Source: Macrostomum hystrix
Taxonomy: Eukaryota > Animalia > Platyhelminthes
Direction: 5' to 3'
NCBI GenBank assembly: GCA_950097015.1
Contig: CATNEN010000038.1
Coordinates: 10,912,001 to 10,976,000, forward strand
Length of the DNA: 64,000 bases
Position 1 is the first letter of the stretch. Each line of letters opens with the position of its first letter. Below the pieces are notes generated by a model that made no database searches, had not been told where the DNA came from, and worked only from the letters and a program-made list of their open reading frames with translations. The translations under genes and the position numbers were made by a program. This document shows, piece after piece, positions 24,768 through 38,734 of the stretch.

Positions 24768-27304
24768 TCTACTATACTAAAAATGAAATGGTTGGTTGGT
24801 TGGTTGTAATTGATTTTCTCCCGAACGGCTCAACCGATTTTCACCATTTCTTCACCAACAGATGCTAAATATGGGGACAATTATACACGTATTTTTATTA
24901 AGCCTTACTTTATTGCTAAGGGGATTAAATATTCGAAAAACATGTTTTTTGACCATTTCAAAGGTCAAACTATCTTGGCCTATTGAGAATTTCATTCACT
25001 GACTGCCACTGAGTTAGAATTGCATCATCAACTTGCGCTACACCCACTAGCTGACTGAGTTAAAAGCCTGCACTCTGGAGACAAATTGGAAATAAATGTA
25101 CACAACAAACCGCGAGACTGAGTGTACTCTATTTTCTTACTTCATTGTACAAAGCCAGAACTTTAAGAATTCATTTTATAAGGCTGATTTTTGCACCCAC
25201 TAACCAACAGTCGGAATAGCCGATAGCCGATGTGTAGGCACTAGGAATAGTTTAGGCTAGGCTAGGGTTCGATTCTGCAAATAATTTAGACTAATTTTCA
25301 GCCAGTAGTGACTGAAGATTATTTAAATTTATTTTTTTCATTTCGTAAATAAAATATCATCTTTCAAAGCAAACCAGAGTTTAAATCATGGCAAAAGCAG
25401 AGTTTGAATCATGGCTAAACCAGAGTTTGAATCATGGCTAAACCAGAGTTTGAATCATGGCTAACCCAGCGTTTGAATCATGGCTAAACCAGCGTTTGAA
25501 TCATGGCTAACCCAGCGTTTGAATCATGGCTAATGCAGAGTTTGAATCATGGCTAAACAAGAGTTTGAATCATGGCTAAACCAGCGTTTGAATCATGGCT
25601 AAACTATGGCTTGAATCATAGCCAGCCAGAGTTCAAGCTAAACCAGAGCTTGAATCATGGCTAAACCGGAGTTTGAATCATGGCTAAACCAGAGTTTGAA
25701 TCATGGCTAAACTATGGCTTGAATCATAGCCAGCCAGAGTTCAAGCTAAACCAGAGCTTGAATCATGGCTAAACCGGAGTTTGAATCATGGCTAAACCAG
25801 AGTCTGAATCATGGCTAATGCAGACTTTGAATCATCACAGCGTCTGAATCATGGCTAAACTAAAGTTAAAATCATGGCTAAACCAGAGTTTGAATCATGG
25901 CTAAACCAAGGTTTGAATCATGGCTAAACCAACGTTTGAATCATGGCTAAACCAGAGTCTGAATCATGGCTAAATTTAAATCAAGGTGAATCCAGAGTTT
26001 GAATCATAGCTAACCAGAGTTTGAATCATGGCTAAACCAGAGTTTGAATCATGGCTAAACCAGAGTTTGAATCATGGCTAAACTAGAGTCTGAATCATGG
26101 CTAAACTAGAGTCTGAATCATGGCTAAACCAGAGTTTGAATCATTGCAAAAACAGCGTTTGAATCATGGCTAAACCAGAGTTTGAATCATGGCCAAACCA
26201 CGGTTTGAATCATAGTCAACCAGAGTCTGAATCATGGTAAAACGAGAGTTTGAATCATAGCCCAGCAGGGTTTAAAACATGGCGAAACCTGAGTTTGAAT
26301 CTTGGCTAACCCAGTGTTTGAAAAACAACGTCAACTGTGGAGTCATCCTCAAAATGGGGATCAAGGTAAACTGGGGGATAATCATCAACTGGAGGATCTT
26401 GGTAAACTGGGGGGATAATTGTCAACTGGGGGATCATTGTCAACTGGGGGATCATTGTGAACTGAGGGATCATTGTCAACTAGGGGGTATTGGTCAACTG
26501 GGGGATAATTGTCAACTGGGGAATCATCATCAAATGGGGGATCATGGTCAACTTGGGGATCATTGTCAACTGGGTGATCATCATCAACTGGGGATCATCA
26601 TCAACTGGGGGATCATCATCAACTGGGGGATCATTGTGAACTGGGGGATCTTTGTCAACTGTGGGATCATTGTCAACTGGGGGATCATTGTCAACTGGGG
26701 GATCGTTGTCAACTGGGGGTTCATTGTCAACTGGGGGATCATTGTCAACTGGGGGATCATTGTCAACTGGGGGATCATTGTCAACTGGGGGATCATTGTC
26801 AACTGGGGGTTCATTGTGAACTGGGGGATTTTTGTCAACTGGGGGATCATTGTCAACTGTGGGATCATTGTCAACTGGGGGTTCATTGTCAACTGGGGGT
26901 TCATTGTCAACTGGGGGATCATTGTCAACTGGGGGATCATTGTGAACTGAGAGATCATTGTCAAGTGGGGGGTAATGGTCAACTGGGGGATAATTGTCAA
27001 CTGGGGAATCATCATCAACTGGGGATCATTTTCAACTGGGGGATCATTGTCAACTGGGGGATCATTGTCAACTGGGGGTTCATTGTCAACTGGGGGTTCA
27101 TTGTCAACTGGGGGATCATTGTCAACTGGGGGATCATTGTCAACTGGGGGATCATCGTCAACTAGGGGATCATCATTAACTGGGGGATCATTGTCAACTG
27201 GGGGTTCATTGTAGCTTTAAAAAGCTGTAAATTCAGCTGCTAAAAAGTATATACTAGACGAATTAAAAGTATTTCTGCTCCCCGAAGGGGGGCAAAACTT
27301 GCTA
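24768..27304 (+). mobile_element. Helitron family B copy 3 (shorter, ends CTA lacking the final G)
   Basis: 5' TCTACTATAC. 23-bp array ~25370-26320, 18-bp array ~26328-27213. Confidence 0.9.
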
Positions 27305-30300
27305 TCTAATATACTAAAAATGAAAATCTTGTATGTTTGCAATCGACTAGCTCCCGAACGGCTCAACCGATTTTCAAAATTCCTTCGCCAAAAAATCACA
27401 AATGGGCCGGAATCGGTACACGTAATTTTATTAAGCTTAATTCCATTGGCAAGGGGATTAAATATTCGAAAAACAGTTTCAAATAGGCTTTTCTAATGCA
27501 TTCTTGTTTTCAGCTTGTGCACAGTGAGGCTCCAGTGCCAATTTTAATGATTGCATCAGAGCCAATTTTGATAACGCACTGATAAGAACTCAAGGGAGGC
27601 TACCCAGAGGGTAGCGAAGGCAGCTAGTCTAATATACTAAAAATGAAAATCTTGTTTGTATGTTTGTATGTTTGCAATCGACTAGCTCCCGAACGGCTCA
27701 ACCGATTTTCAAAATTCCTTCGCCAAAAGATCACAAATGGGCCGGAATCGGTACACGTAATTTTATTAAGCTTAATTCCATTGGCAAGGGGATTAAATAT
27801 TCGAAAAACAGTTTTAAATAGGCTTTTCTAATGCATTCTTGTTTTCAGCTTGTGCACAGTGAGGCTCCAGTGCCAATTTTAATGATTGCATCAGAGCCAG
27901 TTTTGATAACGAACTGATAAGAACTCACAGGGAGGCTACCCAGAGGGTAGCGAAGGCAGCTAGTCTTCTAATATACTAAAAATGAAAATCTTGCTTGCTT
28001 GCTTGTATGTTTGCAATCGACTAGCTCCCGAACGGCTCAACCGATTTTCAAAATTCCTTCGCCAAAAAATCACAAATGGGCCGGAATCGGTACACGTAAT
28101 TTTATTAAGCTTAATTCCATTGGCAAGGGGATTAAATATTCGAAAAACAGTTTCAAATAGGCTTTTCTAATGCATTCTTGTTTTCAGCTTGTGCACAGTG
28201 AGGCTCCAGTGCCAATTTTAATGATTGCATCAGAGCCAATTTTGATAACGCACTGATAAGAACTCAAGGGAGGCTACCCAGAGGGTAGCGAAGGCAGCTA
28301 GTCTAATATACTAAAAATGAAAATCTTGTTTGTATGTTTGTATGTTTGCAATCGACTAGCTCCCGAACGGCTCAACCGATTTTCAAAATTCCTTCGCCAA
28401 AAGATCACAAATGGGCCGGAATCGGTACACGTAATTTTATTAAGCTTAATTCCATTGGCAAGGGGATTAAATATTCGAAAAACAGTTTTAAATAGGCTTT
28501 TCTAATGCATTCTTGTTTTCAGCTTGTGCACAGTGAGGCTCCAGTGCCAATTTTAATGATTGCATCAGAGCCAGTTTTGATAACGAACTGATAAGAACTC
28601 ACAGGGAGGCTACCCAGAGGGTAGCGAAGGCAGCTAGTCTTCTAATATACTAAAAATGAAAATCTTGCTTGCTTGCTTGTATGTTTGCAATCGACTAGCT
28701 CCCGAACGGCTCAACCGATTTTCGCAATTCCTTCGCCAAAAGATCACAAATGGGCCGGAATCGGTACACGTATTTTTATTAAGCTTAATTTCATTGCCAA
28801 GGGGATTAAATATTCGAAAAACTGTTTTAAATAGGCTTTTCTAATGCATTCTTGTTTTCAGCTTGTGCACAGTGAGGCTCCAGTGCCAATTTTAATGATT
28901 GCATCAGAGCCAGTTTTGATAACGAACTGATAAGAACTCACAGGGAGGCTACCCAGAGGGTAGCGAAGGCAGCTAGTCTAATATACTAAAAATGAAAATC
29001 TTGCTTGCTTGCTTGTATGTTTGCAATCGACTAGCTCCCGAACGGCTCAACCGATTTTCGCAATTCCTTCGCCAAAAGATCACAAATGGGCCGGAATCGG
29101 TACACGTATTTTTATTAAGCTTAATTTCATTGCCAAGGGGATTAAATATTCGAAAAACTGTTTTAAATAGGCTTTTCTAATGCATTCTTGTTTTCAGCTT
29201 GTGCACAGTGAGGCTCCAGTGCCAATTTTAATGATTGCATCAGAGCCAGTTTTGATAACGAACTGATAAGAACTCCAGTGAGGCTACCCAGAGGGTAGCG
29301 AAGGCAGCTAGTCTAATATACTAAAAATGAAAATCTTGCTTGCTTGCTTGTCTATTATACTAAAAATGAAAATCTCGTATGTTTGCAATCGACTAGCTCC
29401 CGAACGGCTCAACCGATTTTCAAAATTCCTTCGCCAAAAAATCACAAATGGGCCGGAATCGGTACACGTAATTTTTTTAAGCTTAATTCCATTGCCAAGG
29501 GGATTAAATATTCGAAAAACAGTTTTAAATAGGCTTTTCTAATGCATTCTTGTTTTCAGCTTGTGCACAGTGAGGCTCCAGTGCCAATTTTAATGATTGC
29601 ATCAGAGCCAATTTTGATAACGCACTGATAAGAACTCAAGGGAGGCTACCCAGAGGGTAGCGAAGGCAGCTAGTCTAATATACTAAAAATGAAAATCTTG
29701 TTTGTATGTTTGTATGTTTGCAATCGACTAGCTCCCGAACGGCTCAACCGATTTTCAAAATTCCTTCGCCAAAAGATCACAAATGGGCCGGAATCGGTAC
29801 ACGTAATTTTATTAAGCTTAATTCCATTGGCAAGGGGATTAAATATTCGAAAAACAGTTTTAAATAGGCTTTTCTAATGCATTCTTGTTTTCAGCTTGTG
29901 CACAGTGAGGCTCCAGTGCCAATTTTAATGATTGCATCAGAGCCAGTTTTGATAACGAACTGATAAGAACTCACAGGGAGGCTACCCAGAGGGTAGCGAA
30001 GGCAGCTAGTCTAATATACTAAAAATGAAAATCTTGCTTGCTTGCTTGTATGTTTGCAATCGACTAGCTCCCGAACGGCTCAACCGATTTTCGCAATTCC
30101 TTCGCCAAAAGATCACAAATGGGCCGGAATCGGTACACGTATTTTTATTAAGCTTAATTTCATTGCCAAGGGGATTAAATATTCGAAAAACTGTTTTAAA
30201 TAGGCTTTTCTAATGCATTCTTGTTTTCAGCTTGTGCACAGTGAGGCTCCAGTGCCAATTTTAATGATTGCATCAGAGCCAGTTTTGATAACGAACTGAT

Positions 30301-33300
30301 AAGAACTCCAGTGAGGCTACCCAGAGGGTAGCGAAGGCAGCTAGTCTAATATACTAAAAATGAAAATCTTGCTTGCTTGCTTGTCTATTATACTAAAAAT
30401 GAAAATCTCGTATGTTTGCAATCGACTAGCTCCCGAACGGCTCAACCGATTTTCAAAATTCCTTCGCCAAAAAATCACAAATGGGCCGGAATCGGTACAC
30501 GTAATTTTTTTAAGCTTAATTCCATTGCCAAGGGGATTAAATATTCGAAAAACAGTTTTAAATAGGCTTTTCTAATGCATTCTTGTTTTCAGCTTGTGCA
30601 CAGTGAGGCTCCAGTGCCAATTTTAATGATTGCATCAGAGCCAATTTTGATAACGCACTGATAAGAACTCAAGGGAGGCTACCCAGAGGGTAGCGAAGGC
30701 AGCTAGTCTAATATACTAAAAATGAAAATCTTGTTTGTATGTTTGTATGTTTGCAATCGACTAGCTCCCGAACGGCTCAACCGATTTTCAAAATTCCTTC
30801 GCCAAAAGATCACAAATGGGCCGGAATCGGTACACGTAATTTTATTAAGCTTAATTCCATTGGCAAGGGGATTAAATATTCGAAAAACAGTTTTAAATAG
30901 GCTTTTCTAATGCATTCTTGTTTTCAGCTTGTGCACAGTGAGGCTCCAGTGCCAATTTTAATGATTGCATCAGAGCCAATTTTGATAACGCACTGATAAG
31001 AACTCAAGGGAGGCTACCCAGAGGGTAGCGAAGGCAGCTAGTCTAATATACTAAAAATGAAAATCTTGTTTGTATGTTTGTATGTTTGCAATCGACTAGC
31101 TCCCGAACGGCTCAACCGATTTTCAAAATTCCTTCGCCAAAAGATCACAAATGGGCCGGAATCGGTACACGTAATTTTATTAAGCTTAATTCCATTGGCA
31201 AGGGGATTAAATATTCGAAAAACAGTTTTAAATAGGCTTTTCTAATGCATTCTTGTTTTCAGCTTGTGCACAGTGAGGCTCCAGTGCCAATTTTAATGAT
31301 TGCATCAGAGCCAGTTTTGATAACGAACTGATAAGAACTCACAGGGAGGCTACCCAGAGGGTAGCGAAGGCAGCTAGTCTAATATACTAAAAATGAAAAT
31401 CTTGCTTGCTTGCTTGTATGTTTGCAATCGACTAGCTCCCGAACGGCTCAACCGATTTTCGCAATTCCTTCGCCAAAAGATCACAAATGGGCCGGAATCG
31501 GTACACGTATTTTTATTAAGCTTAATTCCATTGGCAAGGGGATTAAATATTCGAAAAACAGTTTTAAATAGGCTTTTCTAATGCATTCTTGTTTTCAGCT
31601 TGTGCACAGTGAGGCCTCCAGTGCCAATTTTAATGATTGCATCAGAGCCAGTTTTGATAACGAACTGATAAGAACTCCAGTGAGGCTACCCAGAGGGTAG
31701 CGAAGGCAGCTAGTCTAATATACTAAAAATGAAAATCTTGTTTGTATGTTTGTATGTTTGCAATCGACTAGCTCCCGAACGGCTCAACCGATTTTTGCAA
31801 TTCCTTCGCCAAAAGATCACAAATGGGCCGGAATCGGTACACGTATTTTTATTAAGCTTAATTCCATTGCCAAGGGGATTAAATATTCGAAAAACTGTTT
31901 TAAATAGGCTTTTCTAATGCATTCTTGTTTTCAGCTTGTGCACAGTGAGGCCTCCAGTGCCAAATTTAATGATTGCATCAGAGCCAGTTTTGATAACGCA
32001 CGCGCGTACTGATAAGAACTCACAGGGAGGCTACCCAGAGGGTAGCGAAGGCAGCTAGTCCACTATACTAAAAATGAAATCTAATATACTAAAAATGAAA
32101 ATCTTTCTATTATACTAAAAATGAAAATCTTGCTTGCTTGTATGTTTGCAATCGACTAGCTCCCGAACGGCTCAACCGATTTTCGCAATTCCTTCGCCAA
32201 AAGATCACAATTGGTCCCGAATCGGTACACGTATTTTTATTAAGCTTAATTTCATTGCTAAGGGGATTAAATATTCGAAAAACTGTTTTAAATAGGCTTT
32301 TCTAATGCATTCTTGTTTTCAGCTTGTGCACAGTGAGGCCTCCAGTGCCAAATTTAATGATTGCATCAGAGCCAGTTTTGATAACGCACGCGCGTACTGA
32401 TAAGAACTCACAGGGAGGCTACCCAGAGGGTAGCGAAGGCAGCTAGTCTTATATACTAAAAATGAAAATCTTGCTTGCTTGTTTGTTTGCAATCGACTAG
32501 CTCCCGAACGGCTCAACCGATTTTCAAAATTCTTTCACTAAAAGATCGCAAATGGGCCGGAATCGGTACACGTAATTTTATTAAGCTTAATTCCATTGCC
32601 AAGGGGATTAAATATTCGAAAAACTGTTTTAAATAGGCTTTTCTAATGCATTCTTGTTTTCAGCTTGTGCACAGTGAGGCTCCAGTGCCAACTTTAATGA
32701 TTGCATCAGAGCCAATTTTGATAAGGCACTGATAAGAACTCAAGGGAGGCTACCCAGAGGGTAGCGAAGGCAGCTAGTCTAATATACTAAAAATGAAAAT
32801 CTTGCTTGCTTGCTTGCTTGCTTGTATGTTTGCAATCGACTAGCTCCCGAACGGCTCAACCGATTTTCAAAATTCCTTCGCCAAAAGATCACAAATGGGC
32901 CGGAATCGGTACACGTAATTTTATTAAGCTTAATTCCATTGGCAAGGGGATTAAATATTCGAAAAACAGTTTTAAATAGGCTTTTCTAATGCATTCTTGT
33001 TTTCAGCTTGTGCACAGTGAGGCCTCCAGTGCCAATTTTAATGATTGCATCGGAGCCAATTTTGATAACGCACTGATAAGAACTCACAGGGAGGCTACCC
33101 AGAGGGTAGCGAAGGCAGCTAGTCTAATATACTAAAAATGAAAATCTTGTTTGTATGTATGTTTGTATGTTTGTTTGCAATCGACTAGCTCCCGAACGGC
33201 TCAACCGATTTTCACAATTCCTTCGCCAAAAGATCACAAATGGGCCGGAATCGGTACACGTATTTTTATTAAGCTTAATTTCATTGCCAAGGGGATTAAA

Positions 33301-33810
33301 TATTCGAAAAACTGTTTTAAATAGGCTTTTCTAATGCATTCTTGTTTTCAGCTTGTGCACAGTGAGGCCTCCAGTGCCAATTTTAATGATTGCATCAGAG
33401 CCAGTTTTGATAACGAACTGATAAGAACTCAAGGGAGGCTACCCAGAGGGTAGCGAAGGCAGCTAGTCTAATATACTAAAAATGAAAATCTTGCTTGCTT
33501 GCTTGTATGTTTGCAATCGACTAGCTCCCGAACGGCTCAACCGATTTTCAAAATTCCTTCGCCAAAAGATCACAAATGGGCCGGAATCGGTACACGTAAT
33601 TTTATTAAGCTTAATTCCATTGGCAAGGGGATTAAATATTCGAAAAACAGTTTTAAATAGGCTTTTCTAATGCATTCTTGTTTTCAGCTTGTGCACAGTG
33701 AGGCTCCAGTGCCAATTTTTATGATTGCATCAGAGCCAGTTTTGATAACGCACGCGCGTACTGATAAGAACTCACAGGGAGGCTACCCAGAGGGTAGCGA
33801 AGGCAGCTAG
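27305..33810 (+). mobile_element. Helitron family A tandem block 2 (19 units plus 5' stubs)
   Basis: 19 hairpin+CTAG ends between 27627 and 33810. The repeated 62-aa ORFs come from this unit. Confidence 0.92.
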
Positions 33811-33838
33811 TCCACTATACTAAAAATGAAATGCTTGG

Positions 33839-33870
<32 letters not shown>

Positions 33871-36800
33871 AATTGATTTTCTCCCGAACGGCTCAACCGA
33901 TTTTCACCATTTCTTCACCAAAAGATGCCAAATATGGGGACAATTATACACGTATTTTTATTAAGCTTAACTTTATTGCTAAGGGGATTAAATATTCGAA
34001 AAACATGATTTTTCAAAGGTCAAATTCAAAGGTCAAACCACTCACTGCCACTGAATTAGAATTGCATCGTCAAATTGCGCAACAACCCCTAGCTGATTGA
34101 ATTTGAAGCCTGCACTCTGGAGACAAATTGGAAATAAATGTACACAACCAACCGCGAGACTGAGTGTACTCTATTTTCTTACTTCATTGTACAAAGCCAG
34201 AACTTTGAGAATTCATTTTATAAGGCTGATTTCTGCACCCACTAACCAACAGTCGGAATAGCCGATGTGTTAGGCACTAGGAATAAGTTAGGCTAGGCTA
34301 GGGTTCGATTCTGCACTGCGTCAAATCATTTAGACTAATTTTCAGCCAGTAGTGATTGAAGATTATTTTGATTTATTTTTTTCATTTCGTAAATAAAATA
34401 TCATAAATCATAGCAAACCTGAATTTGAATCATGGCAAAAATAGAGCTTGAATCATGGCTAAACCAGAGTCTGAATCATGGCTAAACCAGAGTCTGAATC
34501 ATGGCTAAACCAGAGTCTGAATCATGGCTAAACCAGAGTCTGAATCATGGCTAAACTAGAGTCTGAATCATGGCTAAACCAGAGTTTGAATCATGGCTAA
34601 ACCAGAGTCTGAATCATGGCTTAACTAGAGTTTGAATCATGGCTAAACCAGAGTCTGAATCATGGCTAAACCAGCGTCTGAATCATGGCTAAAGCAGAGT
34701 TTGAATCATGGCTAAACCAGAGTCTGAATCATGGCTTAACCAGAGTTTGAATCATGGCTAAACCAGAGTTTGAATCATGGCTAAACCAGAGTCTGAATCA
34801 TGGCTTAACCAGAGTTTGAATCATGGCTAAACCAGAGTTTGAATCATGGCTAAACCAGAGTTTGAGTCATGGCTAAACCAGAGTCTGAATCATGGCTAAA
34901 CCAACGTTTGAATCATGGCTAACCTAGAGTCTGAATCATGGCTAAACCATAGTCTGAATCATTGCTAAAATAGAGTCTGAATCATGGCTAAACCAGAGTC
35001 TGAATCATGGCTAAACCAGAGTCTGAATCATGGCTAAACCAGAGTCTGAATCATGGCTAAACCAGAGTCTGAATCATGGCTAAACCAGAGTCTGAATCAT
35101 GGCTAAACTAGAGTCTGAATCATGGCTAAACCAGAGTTTGAACCATGGCTAAACCAGAGTTTGAATCATGGCTAAACCAGCGTCTGAATCATGGCTAAAC
35201 CAGCGTCTGAATCATGGCTTAACTAGAGTTTGAATCATGGCTAAACCAGAGTCTGAATCATGGCTAAACCAGCGTCTGAATCATGGCTAAAGCAGAGTTT
35301 GAATCATGGCTAAACCAGAGTCTGAATCATGGCTTAACCAGAGTTTGAATCATGGCTAAACCAGAGTTTGAATCATGGCTAAACCAGAGTCTGAATCATG
35401 GCTTAACCAGAGTTTGAATCATGGCTAAACCAGAGTTTGAATCATGGCTAAACCAGAGTTTGAGTCATGGCTAAACCAGAGTCTGAATCATGGCTAAACC
35501 AACGTTTGAATCATGGCTAACCTAGAGTCTGAATCATGGCTAAACCATAGTCTGAATCATTGCTAAAATAGAGTCTGAATCATGGCTAAACCAGAGTCTG
35601 AATCATGGCTAAACCAGAGTTTGAACCATGGCTAAACCAGAGTTTGAATCATGGCTAAACCAGCGTCTGAATCATGGCTAAACCAGCGTCTGAATCATGG
35701 CTAAACCAGCGTCTGAATCATGGCTAAACCAGAGTTTGAATCATGGCTAAACCAGAGTTTGAATATTGGCAACACCAGAGTTTGAATCATGGCTAAACCA
35801 GCGTCTGAATCATGGCTAAACCAGAGTTTGAATCATGGCTAAACCAGAGACTAAATCATGGCTAAACCATCATCATCAGCATGGCTAAACTAGAGTTTGA
35901 ATCATGGCTAACCTAGAGTCTGAATCATGGCTAAACCATAGTCTGAATCATTGCTAAAATAGAGTCTGAATCATGGCTAAACCAGAGTCTGAATCATGGC
36001 TAAACCAGAGTCTGAATCATGGCTAAACCAGAGTCTGAATCATGGCTAAACCAGAGTCTGAATCATGGCTAAACCAGAGTCTGAATCATGGCTAAACTAG
36101 AGTCTGAATCATGGCTAAACCAGAGTTTGAACCATGGCTAAACCAGAGTTTGAATCATGGCTAAACCAGCGTCTGAATCATGGCTAAACCAGCGTCTGAA
36201 TCATGGCTTAACTAGAGTTTGAATCATGGCTAAACCAGAGTCTGAATCATGGCTAAACCAGCGTCTGAATCATGGCTAAAGCAGAGTTTGAATCATGGCT
36301 AAACCAGAGTCTGAATCATGGCTTAACCAGAGTTTGAATCATGGCTAAACCAGAGTTTGAATCATGGCTAAACCAGAGTCTGAATCATGGCTTAACCAGA
36401 GTTTGAATCATGGCTAAACCAGAGTTTGAATCATGGCTAAACCAGAGTTTGAGTCATGGCTAAACCAGAGTCTGAATCATGGCTAAACCAGAGTCTGAAT
36501 CATGGCTAAACCAGAGTTTGAACCATGGCTAAACCAGAGTTTGAATCATGGCTAAACCAGCGTCTGAATCATGGCTAAACCAGCGTCTGAATCATGGCTA
36601 AACCAGCGTCTGAATCATGGCTAAACCAGAGTTTGAATCATGGCTAAACCAGAGTTTGAATATTGGCAACACCAGAGTTTGAATCATGGCTAAACCAGCG
36701 TCTGAATCATGGCTAAACCAGAGTTTGAATCATGGCTAAACCAGAGACTAAATCATGGCTAAACCATCATCATCAGCATGGCTAAACTAGAGTTTGAATC

Positions 36801-38682
36801 ATGGCTAAACCATCATCATCAGCATGGCTAAACTAGAGTTTGAATCATGGCTAAACCAGAGTTTGAATAATGGCTACACCAGAGTTTGAATCATGGCTAA
36901 ACCAGAGTCTGAATCATGGCTAAACTAGAGTTTGAATCATGGCTAAACCAGAGTTTGAATAATGGCTACACCAGAGTTTGAATCATGGCTAAACCAGAGT
37001 CTGAATCATGGCTAAACCAGAGTTTGAATCTTGGCTAAACCAGAGTTTCAATCATGGCTAACCCAGCGTTTGAATCATGGCTAAACCAGAGTTTGAATCA
37101 TGGCAAAAACCGAGTTTCAATCATGGCTAACCCAGCGTTTGAATCATGGCTAAACCAGAGTTTGAATCATAGCCAACCAGAGTTTGAATCTTGGCTAAAC
37201 CAGACTTTGAATCATAGCCAACCAGAGTCTGAATCATGGCAAAACGAGAGTTTGAATCATAGCCCACCAGGGTTTAAAACATGGCGAAACCTGAGTTTGA
37301 ATCTTGGCTAACCCAGCGTTTGAAAAATCAACGTCAACTGGGGAGTCATCATCAAAATGGGGATCATGGTGAACTGGGGGATCATGGTAAACTGGGGGAT
37401 AATTGTCGACTGGGGGATCATTGTCAACTGGGGGATCATTGTCAACTGGGGGATCATTGTCAACTGGGGGATCATTGTCAACTGGGGGATCATTGTCAAA
37501 TGGGGGATCATTGTCAACTGGGGGATCTTTGTCAACTGGGGGTTCATTGTCAACTGGGGGTTCATTGTCAACTGGGGGATCATTGTCAACTGGAGGATCA
37601 TTGTGAACTGAGAGATCATTGTCAACTGGGGGGTAATGGTCAACTGGGGGATAATTGTCAACTGGGGAATCATCATCAACTGGGGATCATCATCAACTGG
37701 GGGATCATTGAGAACTGGGGGATCTTTGTCAACTGGGGGATCATTGTGAACTGGGGGATCTTTGTCAACTGGGGGATCATTGTATACTGTGGGATCATTG
37801 TCAACTGGGGGATCATTGTCAACTGGGGGATCATTGTCAACTGGGGGATCGTTGTCAACTGGGGGATCATTGTCAACTGGGGGAACATTGTCAACTGGAG
37901 GAACATTGTTAACTAGGGATCATCATCAATGGGGAGACTTCATCAACTGGGGGACCATTGTGAACTGGGGGATCTTTGTTAACTGGGGGATCATTGTCAA
38001 CTGGGGGATCATTCTCAACTGGGGGATCATTGTCAACTGGGGGATCATTTTCAACTGGGGGATCATCATCAACTGGAGGATCATTGTCAACTGGGGGATC
38101 ATTGTCAACTGGGGGATCATTGTCAACTGGGGGATCATTGTCAACTGGGTGATCATCATCAACTGGGGGATCATTGTCAACTGGGGGAACATTGTCAAAT
38201 GGAGGAACATTGTTAACTGGGGATCATCATCAATGGGGAGACTTCATCAACTGGGGGATCATTGTGAACTGGGGGATCTTTGTTAACTGGGGGATCATTG
38301 TCAACTGGGGGATCATTGTCAACTGGGGGATCATTTTCAACTGGGGGATCATTGTCAACTGGGGGATCATCATCAACTGGGTGATCATTGTGAACTGGGG
38401 GATCTTTGTCAACTGGGGGATCATTGTCAACTGTGGGATCATTGTCAACTGGGGGATCATTGTCAAATGGGGGATCATTGTCAACTGGGGGATCGTTGTC
38501 AACTGGGGGTTCATTGTCAACTGGGGGTTCATTGTCAACTGGGGGATCATTGTCAACTGGGGGATCATTGTCAACTGGGGGTTCATTGTAGCTTTAAAAA
38601 GCTGTAAATTCAGCTGCTAAAAAGTATATACTAGACGAATTAAAAGTATTTCTGCTCTCCGAAGGGGGGCAAAACTTGCTAG
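33811..38682 (+). mobile_element. Helitron family B copy 4
   Basis: 5' TCCACTATAC; 23-bp array ~34415-37322, 18-bp array ~37330-38590; hairpin + CTAG. Confidence 0.9.
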
Positions 38683-38702
38683 TCCACTATACTAAAAATG
38701 AA

Positions 38703-38734
<32 letters not shown>

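Noticed and set aside
27299-33670. Repeated 62-aa ORF (MKIL...CNRLAPERLNRF) as a tandem gene family
   Set aside because: It is the 5' part of the Helitron A unit, and its frame depends on a variable 4-bp microsatellite.
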